Shown: piece after piece, positions 1-10,523 of the stretch
Numbering within the stretch: position 1 is the stretch's first letter
Layout: each line of letters begins with the position of its first letter
NCBI GenBank assembly: GCA_049325335.1
Contig: JBMOMC010000044.1
Span: forward strand, 157,704-221,703
DNA from: Nitrospirota bacterium
Lineage (GTDB): Bacteria; Nitrospirota; Nitrospiria; 2-01-FULL-66-17
DNA: 64,000 nucleotides
Direction: 5' to 3'
Translations under genes and position numbers: made by a program
The notes under the pieces: model-generated
Databases searched by the model: none
What the model was told of the DNA's origin: nothing
The model's input: only the letters and a program-made list of their open reading frames with translations

Positions 1-249
1 GGTCGCTCATTACATGAACCATTCGGCGCGCGGGTCTTCTGGTCCTCAACCGAGGACGCGCTCGGGACGGACCGGCCGCTGACCTTCCGCGCGGTGGGCG
101 GCCGACTCCTTATCCCGTTGGGCATTGACCCGTCGTGGCTGCGTGGCCGGACCATCACGCATCTGGCCCTGCGCCTGGATCGCGACGCGATCGAGCGGTG
201 CGGAGTCATCCACGTCGATCACCCAACCCTGCTGCGGCTGATCGACTGA
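1..249 (+). CDS. 3' end of a hypothetical protein (truncated by window start)
   Basis: Frame 1 is open from base 1 (GRSLHEPFGARVFWS...LLRLID) to TGA at 247-249, convergent with the kinase gene. Confidence 0.5.
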   Translation, partial: GRSLHEPFGARVFWSSTEDALGTDRPLTFRAVGGRLLIPLGIDPSWLRGRTITHLALRLDRDAIERCGVIHVDHPTLLRLID

Positions 250-256
250 GGACGCG

Positions 257-1696
257 TTACGGCGCCAATGGGAACCGGACCGTAAACGCGGTGCCCTTGC
301 CGACCTCGCTGGTCACCGTGATCCGGCCTTGATGCGCCTCGACCAACTCTTTGACGATGCTCAGCCCGAGGCCGAATCCCGCGTGTTCGTCTCCATTGGT
401 CACGGGCTGAGCGGTGCGGGCCGAGTCCACCCGGTAGAACCGGTCGAACAAATGCGGCAACGCGTCGGACGGAATGCCCACGCCGGTGTCCTCGATCGTG
501 ACCGCGACGTCGGTCCGGTCCGAGTCGACCCGAATCGTGACCCGGCCGCCCTCCCCGGTGTACTTGACCGCGTTGTCGATCAGGTTGGTGAACACCTCGG
601 TGAGGCCCGTCTCATCGCCCCACGCCGCCACGGCCCGGGGCGCCAGGTGACAGCGCAGGACAATGTCCTTTCGCTTGGCCAACGGCGTCAACAGCGCCAC
701 CGTGGTGCCGATCAAGCGATTGAGATCCACCCGTTCCTTGGTCAACGGAACGCTGCGGTGCTCGAGACGCGAAAGCGTCAACAGGTTATCGATCAACGTG
801 GACAACTTCTCCGTGTGGCGCAGGATCGTCCGCAACCGCTCCTTGTACTCCTCCACGGTGCGATCGCGCCGGAGCGGTACCTCGCAGTAACTCTTGATCA
901 CGCTCACCGGGGTGCGCAGTTCGTGCGACGCGTCCGAGATGAACCGCCGTTGCTGGAGGAACACGGTGTGGATCCGACCCAGCATGGCGTTGAACGCCGC
1001 GGCCAGATCGCGCAACTCGGCGCTGACCCGATCTTCCCCGACTCGTCGATCCAACGTGTGTTCGCTGATCTGGCCGATTTCGTCCGACAGCCGTTGGATC
1101 GGGCGCAGCGACACGCGCGCGATCAGATAGCCGCCGAACGCGGACAACAAAATGATAAACGGCGCGCTGTACAACATGGTCGTGCGCAGGAGCGCGAGGA
1201 ACCCCTCGATGTCCCGGAGGCTCGATCCGGTTGAGACGATGAACACGCGCACGACCTCGGGCCGGCCCAACGGACTCACGGTGACCCGGCGGGCGTGAAC
1301 CCGGACGCGGTCCCCGTCGGGCGCCGCGAGGGTGCCGTGGTACGGCTGATACAGCCGGCCGTACGGGATATCGAATGCCCACCCCTCGAGCGAGCGCGAG
1401 CGGGCCAGCACCCGGCCCGCGTCGTCGAAGATCTGGTAGTAGTGACCCGCCCCCTCGTAATCGTAGAGCGTGGGATAGCGCTCCTGGTGCTCCGCGGGTT
1501 CAAAGTGGACCGACCCGTCCGGGAAAATCTCTATGAGCGACGCGAACAACTCCGCACGGGAGTGCAACGCCTCGTCGATCATCGCCAGGGACGCGTCGCG
1601 TTGCCGTTGGTACAGCAACACCTCAAGCGCCCCGAGCCCGCACGACGCGGTCACGATGACCCAGATCACCAACCGGCCAGCGATGGAATTAAGCAC
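257..1696 (-). CDS. Membrane sensor histidine kinase (HAMP-HisKA-HATPase), CusS/CzcS-like
   Basis: Two TM segments, H-box FISDASHELRTP, N-box NLIDNAVKYT, G-boxes DTGVGI and GFGLGLSI. Confidence 0.92.
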   Translation of the reverse strand: MLNSIAGRLVIWVIVTASCGLGALEVLLYQRQRDASLAMIDEALHSRAELFASLIEIFPDGSVHFEPAEHQERYPTLYDYEGAGHYYQIFDDAGRVLARSRSLEGWAFDIPYGRLYQPYHGTLAAPDGDRVRVHARRVTVSPLGRPEVVRVFIVSTGSSLRDIEGFLALLRTTMLYSAPFIILLSAFGGYLIARVSLRPIQRLSDEIGQISEHTLDRRVGEDRVSAELRDLAAAFNAMLGRIHTVFLQQRRFISDASHELRTPVSVIKSYCEVPLRRDRTVEEYKERLRTILRHTEKLSTLIDNLLTLSRLEHRSVPLTKERVDLNRLIGTTVALLTPLAKRKDIVLRCHLAPRAVAAWGDETGLTEVFTNLIDNAVKYTGEGGRVTIRVDSDRTDVAVTIEDTGVGIPSDALPHLFDRFYRVDSARTAQPVTNGDEHAGFGLGLSIVKELVEAHQGRITVTSEVGKGTAFTVRFPLAP

Positions 1697-2366
1697 GACC
1701 AGTCCGGAGCATGTACCCGACGCCGCGCACGGTCTGGATGAGCGTCGTCGAGGAGCGCCGGCCGAGCTTCTTGCGCAGCGCGTTGACGTGCACGTCGATC
1801 ACGTTGCTGTCCGAGTCGAACGAGTCGTCGTAGATGTGCTCGATGATCTCGGTGCGGGTCACGGCGCGGTCGTGGCGCCGGACCAGAAACTCCAGGAGCG
1901 CGAACTCCTTGGCCGTGAGCTCCACAAGCTTGCCGCCCACCCGCACGGCGCGCGTGGCCGGATCAATCCGGACGGGCCCGGCTTCCAGCAGCACGCGGCG
2001 GTCCGGGGTGTGCCGGCGCATAATCGTCCGCAACCGCGCCAGCAACTCCCGGAACTCGAATGGCTTGGTTAAATAATCGTCCGCGCCCGTATCCAGACCC
2101 CGCACCTTGTCCTCAATGGCTCCGCGCGCGGTCAACAACAACACCGGCGTGGCCTTCCCTTCCTTGCGGAGCGACTTGAGCACGCCGAAGCCATCCAGGC
2201 TTGGCAGCATCACATCCAGGATCACCGCGTCGTACGGCACCTCGCGCGCCATATACAGCGCGTCCTCGCCGTCCGCGCACACGTCGACGCTATACCCCTC
2301 CTCCTGCAACCCGTCTCTGGTAATGGCCGCAAGATCCGGTTCGTCCTCGACCAACAACACGCGCAT
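1689..2366 (-). CDS. OmpR-family response regulator
   Basis: LLVEDE, LDVMLP, GADDYLTKPF and winged-helix IQTVRGVGY; overlaps the kinase start. Confidence 0.95.
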   Translation of the reverse strand: MRVLLVEDEPDLAAITRDGLQEEGYSVDVCADGEDALYMAREVPYDAVILDVMLPSLDGFGVLKSLRKEGKATPVLLLTARGAIEDKVRGLDTGADDYLTKPFEFRELLARLRTIMRRHTPDRRVLLEAGPVRIDPATRAVRVGGKLVELTAKEFALLEFLVRRHDRAVTRTEIIEHIYDDSFDSDSNVIDVHVNALRKKLGRRSSTTLIQTVRGVGYMLRTGRA

Positions 2367-2510
2367 ACGCTGTCCCTAGCTCGGATTGACTCATAGCATA
2401 CCAAGAGAGCCCGCGTTACGGAACCACGACGCGCGCGCCGGTGGACGGAAGAAACTGGAGGAGTCGATGTAGCCCCTAATTTAATTCCGATCGAGCAAGC
2501 GCATATGGCA

Positions 2511-2575
2511 AGCGAACGTAAAAAGCTCAGGAGCGCCGCGCTTTTTGCGGCGTCCCATGGAGCGCCATGTTGGGC
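2511..2575 (-). mobile_element. Integron attC recombination site
   Basis: Minus strand reads GCCCAAC (R'') atggcgctccatgggacgccgc-aaaaa-gcgcggcgctcctgagcttttac GTTCGCT (R'); 65-bp imperfect palindrome starting 9 bp after the ABM gene stop. Confidence 0.8.
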
Positions 2576-2584
2576 ACCCCTGAA

Positions 2585-2899
2585 CTAAAAGCCGTACTCG
2601 CGCTCCACTCGACAAACGCGAACTCGAAACGCCTTATACCAGTCTTTCGCTCGGCGCTGAGCTTGCCGATGAGCGATATTTTCTTTCCATGCTTCTATTG
2701 CATCCAGCGAGGACCAGTAGGAGACCGAAATTCCGATTTCCTGCCTTGCGGTCTCGAACCCCAGAAAGCCGGGCTGTCTTGATGCAAGCTCCAGCATTTG
2801 TTTTGCCATTTCACCATAACCGTTATCGCCATCAGTTCGGACGGAGGTAAAGATAACGCCATAGTACGGAGGTTGTGGTGTTGTTGCTGGTGCTGGCAT
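2585..2899 (-). CDS. Antibiotic biosynthesis monooxygenase (ABM) family protein, cassette-borne
   Basis: PPYYGVIFTS, QPGFLGFE, GISVSYWSSLDAIEAWK, AHRQAQ; lower GC than flanks; preceded by GTTGGGC and AAGGA RBS. Confidence 0.88.
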   Translation of the reverse strand: MPAPATTPQPPYYGVIFTSVRTDGDNGYGEMAKQMLELASRQPGFLGFETARQEIGISVSYWSSLDAIEAWKENIAHRQAQRRAKDWYKAFRVRVCRVEREYGF

Positions 2900-2915
2900 T
2901 TACGTTCCTTTTTGT

Positions 2916-3097
2916 GCCCAACTACAATTAGACATCCTAATGATTTCGACAAACCAAGCGCATACCGCTTCCTAACCGCCCCCGAAGGCATGTGACAAAA
3001 TTACTGATTCTCTTCTAAATTACATGAGGTTATGACATTAACCTCTATCAATCAATGAATAATGAATGCTGTTATGACGCATCTCACGCTTCCTAAC
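2916..3097 (-). mobile_element. attI-like site with upstream direct repeats (integron remnant)
   Basis: Minus strand GTCTAATTGTA-GTTGGGC at the cassette start; two copies of GTTAGGAAGCG (2966-2976, 3087-3097) within an AT-rich tract. Confidence 0.45.
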
Positions 3098-3291
3098 ATG
3101 CCGCGATCCATAACTTCCATTTCCTGGCAGTGTGTCTCGCCATCCCGCCGGATCGGGAGGCGCTTCGTGACTCTCGACGCTATGGGACGCGCCGGGGGTG
3201 ATCGGACCGATCCATATTTAGCGGCACAATATCTTACTCAACTGCCTCGGTCAAGACCGCGCGAGACTGAACCTGTCCTGAGTCCCTCTGC

Positions 3292-3319
3292 CGTCATTCC
3301 CACGAAGGCGGGAATGACG
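3292..3319. repeat. REP-like palindrome ATTCCC-N8-GGGAAT
   Basis: cgtcattccc-acgaaggc-gggaatgacg, perfect 10-bp inverted repeat downstream of hrpB. Confidence 0.7.
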
Positions 3320-3347
3320 AGATGAGATACCACCGTATTGATACGAC

Positions 3348-5873
3348 CTACTTCTTCGGTGCAGTTCGTTTCGTGCGTGCGGTCGGTACGGCGTTCCAGG
3401 GGTCGTCGGGCCAGGGGTGTTTGGGGTAGCGGGACTTGAGTTCTTTCTTCACCTCGGGGTAGGTGCGGTCCCAGAAGCCGCGTAGGTCTTGTGTGACTTG
3501 GATGGGGCGGCGCGCGGGCGAGAGCAGATGCAAGGTGACCGGGACGCGGCCCCAGGCCACGCGCGGCGTGTCGGCGAGGCCGAACATTTCCTGAAGTTTC
3601 ACGGCCAACACCGGGGATTCGTTGGGGCGGTACTCCAGGCGCACGCGCGATCCGCTGGGGACTGTCAGATGCGTGGGCGCGCCTTCACCCAACTTTTGTC
3701 GCTGTTTCCAGTCCAGGCGCGTATTTAGCGCGGCCAACATGTCGATGCGATCGAGCTGTTCTCGCCGCGTGATCTTGTCGAGAAATGGCCCCAGCCAGTC
3801 GCTCAGAGTCTCTTGCAGCGCGGCGTCGGACACGTCGGGCCAGGCCTCCTCTGGCAACCACTGACGCAATGAGAGCACGCGCGCTTGCCACTCACGCGCC
3901 TCAACTGTCCATGGCAATGCGTCGAGGCCGAGTCCGCGGATTCCATCGAGCATGGCCGCGCGCACACTCTCTGGGTCCGGTTCATTCAACTGCACGCTCT
4001 CGATCACCAATTCACCGAGTCGCTGCTCGCGCCGCGCGACCACGCGTTGAAGCGCATGGTCCCATTGCACCAGTTCCTGGGTTTGGAACTGATCCGGCAT
4101 GGTGGATTGCAGCGCATCGAGGTCCACGCTTACGGCCAGGTAGATCGTGCCCTCGGCTTCACCCGCGTCCAGACTCACCGCCACCAGCCACGGCGGGCGC
4201 AGTCGGTGCTCGGACGCTGGCAGGCGCGCGGCGCGGCCCGATGCCAAGACGTATCGGATATCTCCCGGCGCGCGCTGCTTCGCGACCCGATCCGGGTAAG
4301 CCAACGCGAGCAAGGTCCCGACCCACTCCGGATCGGGCTGAGCGTTCGACGTCGCTTTCCGCAGCAACCGGCGGTATTGCTTCGCCGCTTGGTCCACGCG
4401 CGCGCAGGCATCGCGGTCCACCCGGATCGACTCGTCTCCCCGATGCCCGCGCCCACGGAACGCCCGCAACGCATCCAGCCGTTCCAATAGATCACATGAC
4501 CGCGCGGTCTGCCCCATAAAGATGTCGCGCTCCGACACCAAGGCCGCAAGGTCGCACGCCAAGGCGCCCAGGCCCTGCCCGTCTGCGCGCGCGATCATGT
4601 GCGCCAAGCGCGGATGCACCGGCAACGCCGCCATGGCGCGGCCGGACGGTGTAATCGCACCATGTGAATCCAACGCGCCGAGTTGGGTCAGCAACCCGCG
4701 GGCCTGGGCCAAGGCCGCGGCCGGAGGCGGATCGAGCCACGCCAGCGTGTCGGCGTTGCGCGCGCCCCACTGCGCCAACTCCAGGGCCAATGGCGCCAGG
4801 TCGGCGGCGCGGATCTCGGGAATCGGTCGCGCGGTCAAGCCGCGCTGCGTCAACTCGGTCCAGAGCCGCTCGCACGCGCCGGGCCCCAATCGGCCCGCGC
4901 GGCCCGCGCGCTGCTCGGCCGACGCGCGGGAGATGCGCCGGGTGGTCAGGCGCGTAAGCCCGGTGCCGGGATCGAACTCCGGTACGCGCACGAACCCGGA
5001 ATCGATCACGATGCCGATGCCTTCGATCGTAATGCTGGTTTCCGCGATGGGCGTGGCCAGGATGACTCTCCGCCTCGCGCGATCGCCGGGCTTGATCGCC
5101 CGATCCTGCGCGTCCCAGGGCAGATCGCCGTATAACGGATACACGTCCACGGCCCGCCCCTGTAACAACGGTTCCAGCAGGTGTTGGGTGCGACGAATTT
5201 CCCACGCACCCGGCAAGAACACCAGCGCGTCGCCCGCCTCATGGTCCAGCGCGTGGACCACGGCGCGCGCCACGCTGTCCGGCAACCGCTCACCCGCATC
5301 CATCGCCGCGTACCGCACGTCCACCGGGAACTGCCGCCCGGACGCGCTGAGCACCGGCGCCTGGCCAAGCAGCGCGGCCACGGCCTCGCCGTCCAGCGTG
5401 GCGGACATGACCAGCAATTTGAGATCCTCCCGCAACGCGCGCTGACTATCCAGACATAAGGCCAGCGCCAGATCCCCGTGCAGATGGCGCTCGTGGAACT
5501 CATCGAAGATCACCAACCCCACGCCCTCCAACCCAGGGTCGGATTGCAGCCGTCGCGTGAGGATGCCCTCGGTCAACACTTCAATGCGCGTCTTCGCGGA
5601 TACCTTGGCGTCGAACCGGATGCGGTACCCCACGGTCTCGCCCACCGACTCGCCCAAGATCTCGGCCATTCGTGCCGCGGCCGCACGCGCGGCCAGGCGG
5701 CGGGGCTCCAACATGAGGATCGCGCGCTTCTTCAACCACGGCTCGTCCAGCAGGGCCAGTGGGACAAGAGTCGTCTTCCCGGCGCCGGGCGGCGCCTGCA
5801 GCACCACGGACGATTGCGCACGCAGCGCGTCGCGTAATGCGGGGACAATTGCTTCGATGGGCAACGTGGGCAT
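3348..5873 (-). CDS. hrpB: ATP-dependent helicase HrpB
   Basis: APPGAGKTT, DEFHER, MSAT, QRAGRAGR and C-terminal LLSPARRP...YPKHPWPDDP. Confidence 0.96.
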   Translation of the reverse strand: MPTLPIEAIVPALRDALRAQSSVVLQAPPGAGKTTLVPLALLDEPWLKKRAILMLEPRRLAARAAAARMAEILGESVGETVGYRIRFDAKVSAKTRIEVLTEGILTRRLQSDPGLEGVGLVIFDEFHERHLHGDLALALCLDSQRALREDLKLLVMSATLDGEAVAALLGQAPVLSASGRQFPVDVRYAAMDAGERLPDSVARAVVHALDHEAGDALVFLPGAWEIRRTQHLLEPLLQGRAVDVYPLYGDLPWDAQDRAIKPGDRARRRVILATPIAETSITIEGIGIVIDSGFVRVPEFDPGTGLTRLTTRRISRASAEQRAGRAGRLGPGACERLWTELTQRGLTARPIPEIRAADLAPLALELAQWGARNADTLAWLDPPPAAALAQARGLLTQLGALDSHGAITPSGRAMAALPVHPRLAHMIARADGQGLGALACDLAALVSERDIFMGQTARSCDLLERLDALRAFRGRGHRGDESIRVDRDACARVDQAAKQYRRLLRKATSNAQPDPEWVGTLLALAYPDRVAKQRAPGDIRYVLASGRAARLPASEHRLRPPWLVAVSLDAGEAEGTIYLAVSVDLDALQSTMPDQFQTQELVQWDHALQRVVARREQRLGELVIESVQLNEPDPESVRAAMLDGIRGLGLDALPWTVEAREWQARVLSLRQWLPEEAWPDVSDAALQETLSDWLGPFLDKITRREQLDRIDMLAALNTRLDWKQRQKLGEGAPTHLTVPSGSRVRLEYRPNESPVLAVKLQEMFGLADTPRVAWGRVPVTLHLLSPARRPIQVTQDLRGFWDRTYPEVKKELKSRYPKHPWPDDPWNAVPTARTKRTAPKK

Positions 5874-6026
5874 CCGGCGTCCGTCGATTCTGAGACCGAG
5901 CTCAATGTGGCCCGTACTATACCGCCATTCGCCGGATCCGGGACAGCATGTCCGCCGTCGCTCCGCTGGCGGTTTGCCCCTCGCTCGGTGTATCCTTCAC
6001 CTACACACGTGTTGTCGGAGATGTTG

Positions 6027-6263
6027 ATGAGCACTGAGCCGAAAAAACCCGAACGGGACACAAACGCCGCGGAGCCGGCCCACGAGTTACCCCTCGCGCC
6101 GACGCCGACCGAACAGGCGGCCAAGCCCGCCGCGCCGTCTACCGATGCGGACCCGCTTCAGCGCTGGCGCGAAGCCCGCGAACTCGAAGACGAGATGAAC
6201 GAGATGTTCGACGAAGACCGGGTGACGCACAAACACGGAAACGCGGAACCGGAGTCGGATTAA
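6027..6263 (+). CDS. Small acidic hypothetical protein
   Basis: GGAG RBS ahead of ATG 6027; open to TAA 6263; no family recognised. Confidence 0.5.
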   Translation: MSTEPKKPERDTNAAEPAHELPLAPTPTEQAAKPAAPSTDADPLQRWREARELEDEMNEMFDEDRVTHKHGNAEPESD

Positions 6264-6269
6264 CCGTGC

Positions 6270-7583
6270 TTGCCGTCCACGACCGCACGTCACGTCCCGC
6301 GTCCGCCGTCGCTCCATAACATGATCCGTTTGTCGCGCCGCGCGCGCCGTCGCGTCCCATACGTTCTGTTCTGCGCCGCGATCGGGCTGTCCTCCTGCGC
6401 AACCCCGGGAGTGCGGCCCGCGGCGACCGCGCCCCCGCCGCGGGAAGCGATGCCGAGCGGATCGGCCGAATCGCCGTATCGGCCGCTAGAGGGCTTGCCG
6501 GAAGGCACGATTTTCCACGTGCCTTCCGGCGTCGAGCTGACCCGAGACCAACTCTTCGACCTTGTGAGCGCCGCCCGCGTGATCTACGTGGGCGAGTCGC
6601 ACGACAACGTCCGACATCACCGCGTCCAGCTGGACATTCTGCGCACGCTGGCGGAGCGATATCCCGGACAAGTGGCGCTGGGCATGGAAATGTTCCAACG
6701 TCCATCGCAAGCGTCGCTCGATCAGTGGACCCGCGGGGAACTGTCCGACAAGGACTTCGAATCGCTCTGGTACGAGAACTGGACCGAGGATTACGCGTAT
6801 TACCGCGAAATCCTCGAATTCGTCCGCGACCGCCACGTTCCCCTGATCGCGCTCAACGTCGCCGAACGCACGGTCCACGCGCTCTCAAACGCAGGGCCCG
6901 ACGCGCTCTCGCCCGAGGAGCGCGCCGCCCTACCGGAGATCGACACCCATGATCCGTACCACCGGCAACAGATGGAGGCAGTGTTCGGGGGACACGTGAA
7001 AGGCTCGGGGTTCGATCCGTTTTATCGCACCATGTTGTTGTGGGACGAAACCATGGCGCAGTCGGTCGCCGACTACCTGACCAGCCCGGCCGGCCGCGAC
7101 AAACGCCTGGTAGTCTTGGCCGGCGGCGGACACATTGCGTACGGGTTCGGCATTCCACGGCGCGCGTTTCGCCGCGCGCCCCTGCCGTATGTCACGGTCA
7201 TCCCCCACACCGACACGGCCGCGGCGCCTGCGGAGCGTCCCGAAATGGTGATGCCGGTGGAGCCGGTGTCGGTCCCGCTGCCGCTCGCAGACATCGTGTG
7301 GGCCGTGGGGTATGAAGACCTGCCCGCGCCGAGCGTCCGGCTCGGGATTCGGGTGGACGCCGCGGAATCGGGCGTGACGATCACGAGCGTGGCGCCGGAG
7401 TCGGCAGCCGCGCGCGCGGGGTTGCAGGAGGACGACGTGATCGTGTCGTTCGACGGCGAACCGGTCAAAAAACCCGCGGACGTGGTCCGGCTGGTGCGCC
7501 GCAAGTCCCCGGGGGATCAGGCCCGCGTCGCGATCACCCGAGGCACCGATGCGATGACGCTGGACGTATCGTGGCCGAAATGA
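6270..7583 (+). CDS. ChaN-family (heme-uptake/cofactor-binding) lipoprotein with C-terminal PDZ domain
   Basis: Lipobox LSSC, YVGESHD, LGMEMF, WDETMA, LAGGGHI, PDZ SAAARAGLQEDDVIVSFDG; true start may be ATG 6321. Confidence 0.85.
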   Translation: MPSTTARHVPRPPSLHNMIRLSRRARRRVPYVLFCAAIGLSSCATPGVRPAATAPPPREAMPSGSAESPYRPLEGLPEGTIFHVPSGVELTRDQLFDLVSAARVIYVGESHDNVRHHRVQLDILRTLAERYPGQVALGMEMFQRPSQASLDQWTRGELSDKDFESLWYENWTEDYAYYREILEFVRDRHVPLIALNVAERTVHALSNAGPDALSPEERAALPEIDTHDPYHRQQMEAVFGGHVKGSGFDPFYRTMLLWDETMAQSVADYLTSPAGRDKRLVVLAGGGHIAYGFGIPRRAFRRAPLPYVTVIPHTDTAAAPAERPEMVMPVEPVSVPLPLADIVWAVGYEDLPAPSVRLGIRVDAAESGVTITSVAPESAAARAGLQEDDVIVSFDGEPVKKPADVVRLVRRKSPGDQARVAITRGTDAMTLDVSWPK

Positions 7584-8437
7584 CCGGCCGTCCGCCGTCG
7601 ACCGAGCGGACCGACGTCGCGCCCGGCGCGCCGTTATACGTCTTTCTGGTCTCCGATGCCACCGGAGAGACCGCGGCCCACATCGCGGAGGCCGCGTTGT
7701 CGCAGTTCGAACGTCGCGACGTGGTGTTCATCCGCCGTCCCCACGTGCGCAGCGAGGAACACATCCGGCAAGTCGTCCGGGAAGCCCGATCCGTGCACGG
7801 CACCATTCTCTATACGCTCGTCTCCTCCACCACGCGCGCCCGCCTGGTGGAGGCGACTCGGCTGGGCGGCGTGCCCGCGCTGGACTTGATCGGACCGCTC
7901 CTCACCCACTTGGAGGCGTTTTTCGGTTCGCGCCCAAAAGCCGAACCCGGACTCTTACACCGTATGGACGAGGAGTACGTCAAACGCATCGAAGCCGTGC
8001 AGTTCACGGTGCATCACGACGACGGCCAGAACGTGCCGACCCTCCATCAGAGCGACATTGTCCTGGTCGGCGTGTCCCGAACCGGCAAGACCCCGCTCTC
8101 CATGTACATGGCGCAATACGGGCTGAAGGTCGCCAACGTGCCGATCGTGTTCGGGGTCCCGCCGCCCAAGGAACTGTTGGCCATGGACCCGACCAAGGTC
8201 GTGGGGCTGACCGTGTCGCCGGACAAGTTGCTCACCGTGCGCGCGGCGCGAGCCAGAAAATTCGGACACGTGGACATGGCCTACGCCACCAACGACGGCA
8301 TCGCGCAGGAACTGGAATACTGCCGCTCGTTGTTCACCGCGCACCGAGGGTGGCGCATTTTGGACGTGACCACGCGCGCGGTCGAAGAGATCGCCGCGGA
8401 CATCATGAGCGCGTTGCCCGCCCCCCGATCGGCGTAA
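7571..8437 (+). CDS. ppsR: PEP synthase/pyruvate-phosphate dikinase regulatory protein (kinase/pyrophosphorylase)
   Basis: VSDATGETA, HDDGQ, GVSRTGKTPLSMY. Confidence 0.92.
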   Translation: MAEMTGRPPSTERTDVAPGAPLYVFLVSDATGETAAHIAEAALSQFERRDVVFIRRPHVRSEEHIRQVVREARSVHGTILYTLVSSTTRARLVEATRLGGVPALDLIGPLLTHLEAFFGSRPKAEPGLLHRMDEEYVKRIEAVQFTVHHDDGQNVPTLHQSDIVLVGVSRTGKTPLSMYMAQYGLKVANVPIVFGVPPPKELLAMDPTKVVGLTVSPDKLLTVRAARARKFGHVDMAYATNDGIAQELEYCRSLFTAHRGWRILDVTTRAVEEIAADIMSALPAPRSA

Positions 8438-8456
8438 ATCGTCCGGCTGTACCCGA

Positions 8457-8486
8457 TTGACAAGTCAGCGAGCCCTTTCCTACAAT
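8457..8486 (+). promoter_or_regulatory. Sigma-70 promoter upstream of acs
   Basis: TTGACA-N18-TACAAT. Confidence 0.6.
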
Positions 8487-8573
8487 GCTCGCCTCAACGC
8501 TCCGCCCGCACGATCCGCGCGGGTCGCACTATCAGCGCCTCGCGAAGGCCGTTGACCTCGAAGGAGACTCCGT

Positions 8574-10523
8574 ATGTCCCAACCCGAAATCGAGTCCGTT
8601 CTGACCGAACGGCGCGTGTTCAAACCCAAAGCCGCGTTCAGCCGCGCCGCGCACATCAAGAACCTCAAGGAGTACGACAAGCTCGCCAAACTGGCGCAGA
8701 AGAACCCGGAAAAGTTCTGGAGCGACCTGGCCAAGGAACTGTACTGGTTCAAGCGGTGGAAAAAAGTGTTGGAGTGGAAGCCCCCGTTCGCCAAGTGGTT
8801 CATCGGGGGTCAGACCAATGTGTCCGTCAATTGCCTGGACCGTCACCTGCACACGTGGCGCCGCAACAAGGCCGCGATCATTTGGGAGGGCGAGCCCGGC
8901 GACACGCGCACGCTCACCTATCAGGATCTGCACCGTGAGGTATGCCGCTTCGCGGCCGTGCTCAAACAATTAGGCGCGGAAAAAGGCGACCGGGTCGCGA
9001 TCTATATGCCCATGATCCCGGAACTGCCCATCGCCATGCTCGCGTGCGCTCGGATCGGCGCCACGCATAGCGTGGTGTTCGGCGGGTTCTCCGCGGAGGC
9101 GCTCAAAGACCGCATCAACGACGCCCAGGCCAAACTCGTGATCACGGCAGACGGCGGCTACCGCAAAGGCGCGGTGGTGGCGCTCAAAGAACAGGTGGAC
9201 CGCGCGATCGAGTCTTGCCCGTCCGTGACCAAGGTCGTGGTCTGCCGCCGCACCGGAACGGCCGTGACCATGAAACCGGAACGCGACGTGTGGTGGCACG
9301 ACGTCATACGGGACGCGCCGCTGCGCTGCGAGCCTGAACCTCTCGATTCGGAACATCCCCTGTTCATCCTGTACACCAGCGGCACCACCGGCAAACCCAA
9401 GGGCATCGTCCACACCACCGCGGGGTATTTGCTCGGCGCGGCCATCACCACCAAGTGGGTGTTCGACCTCAAGGACGACGATACGTACTGGTGCACCGCG
9501 GACATCGGGTGGGTCACGGGCCACAGTTACATCGTGTACGGGCCGCTCGCCAACGGTGCCACCGTGGTGATGTACGAGGGCGCGCCCACCCATCCCCAAC
9601 CCGACCGGCTGTGGGAGATCGTGGACAAATACCGCGTCACCGTGTTCTACACCGCGCCCACCGCGATCCGCGCGTTGCTCAAACTGGGGGATGAGTGGCC
9701 CAAGCGCCACGAACTCAAGAGCCTACGGCTGCTGGGCACCGTGGGTGAGCCCATCAACCCCGAGGCGTGGATGTGGTACTACGAGGTCATCGGCAAGAGC
9801 CGCTGCCCGATCGTGGACACCTGGTGGCAAACCGAGACCGGGTCGATCATGATCACCCCGCTGCCCGGCGCCACCCCCACCAAACCCGGATCCGCCACCA
9901 GGCCGTTTCCCGGCATTGCGGCCGAAGTGGTGTCCAAGGACGGCCGGCCCACCAAGCCCAATGAAGGCGGGTATCTGGTCATCACCAAACCGTGGCCCTC
10001 GATGCTGCGCACAATCTACGGCGACCCGGAACGCTTCAAGAAACAATATTGGAGCGAAATTCCCGGCGTGTATTTCACGGGTGACGGCGCGCGGCGCGAT
10101 AAAGACGGCTACTTTTGGGTCATGGGACGCGTAGATGATGTGATCAACGTCGCGGGCCACCGACTGGGCACCATGGAAATCGAGAGTGCCTTGGTCAGCC
10201 ACGAGGCCGTGGCCGAAGCCGCGGTGGTCGGCCGACCCGACGAGATCAAAGGCACCGGCATCTGCGCGTTCGTGACGTTGGAGCACACGCACCACCCGTC
10301 CGAGGAGCTTCGTTCCGCCTTGCGCGCCCACGTAGTCAAGGAGATCGGAGCGTTGGCCCGGCCCGACGAGATCCGGTTCACGGATAACCTCCCCAAGACC
10401 AGAAGCGGCAAGATCATGCGGCGGCTGTTGCGGGACATCGCATCGGGCAAGGAAACCATCGGTGACGTGACGACGTTGGAAGACCTCGCGGTGCTCGCGA
10501 AACTCAGACAGGACGAGGAGTAG
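8574..10523 (+). CDS. acs: Acetyl-CoA synthetase
   Basis: [32 protein letters not shown]. Confidence 0.97.
   Translation: MSQPEIESVLTERRVFKPKAAFSRAAHIKNLKEYDKLAKLAQKNPEKFWSDLAKELYWFKRWKKVLEWKPPFAKWFIGGQTNVSVNCLDRHLHTWRRNKAAIIWEGEPGDTRTLTYQDLHREVCRFAAVLKQLGAEKGDRVAIYMPMIPELPIAMLACARIGATHSVVFGGFSAEALKDRINDAQAKLVITADGGYRKGAVVALKEQVDRAIESCPSVTKVVVCRRTGTAVTMKPERDVWWHDVIRDAPLRCEPEPLDSEHPLFILYTSGTTGKPKGIVHTTAGYLLGAAITTKWVFDLKDDDTYWCTADIGWVTGHSYIVYGPLANGATVVMYEGAPTHPQPDRLWEIVDKYRVTVFYTAPTAIRALLKLGDEWPKRHELKSLRLLGTVGEPINPEAWMWYYEVIGKSRCPIVDTWWQTETGSIMITPLPGATPTKPGSATRPFPGIAAEVVSKDGRPTKPNEGGYLVITKPWPSMLRTIYGDPERFKKQYWSEIPGVYFTGDGARRDKDGYFWVMGRVDDVINVAGHRLGTMEIESALVSHEAVAEAAVVGRPDEIKGTGICAFVTLEHTHHPSEELRSALRAHVVKEIGALARPDEIRFTDNLPKTRSGKIMRRLLRDIASGKETIGDVTTLEDLAVLAKLRQDEE

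Noticed and set aside
3062..3325. 87-aa ORF as an intI fragment
   Set aside because: No integrase-like motif; the frame runs through the AT-rich tract and a REP palindrome, so it is likely spurious
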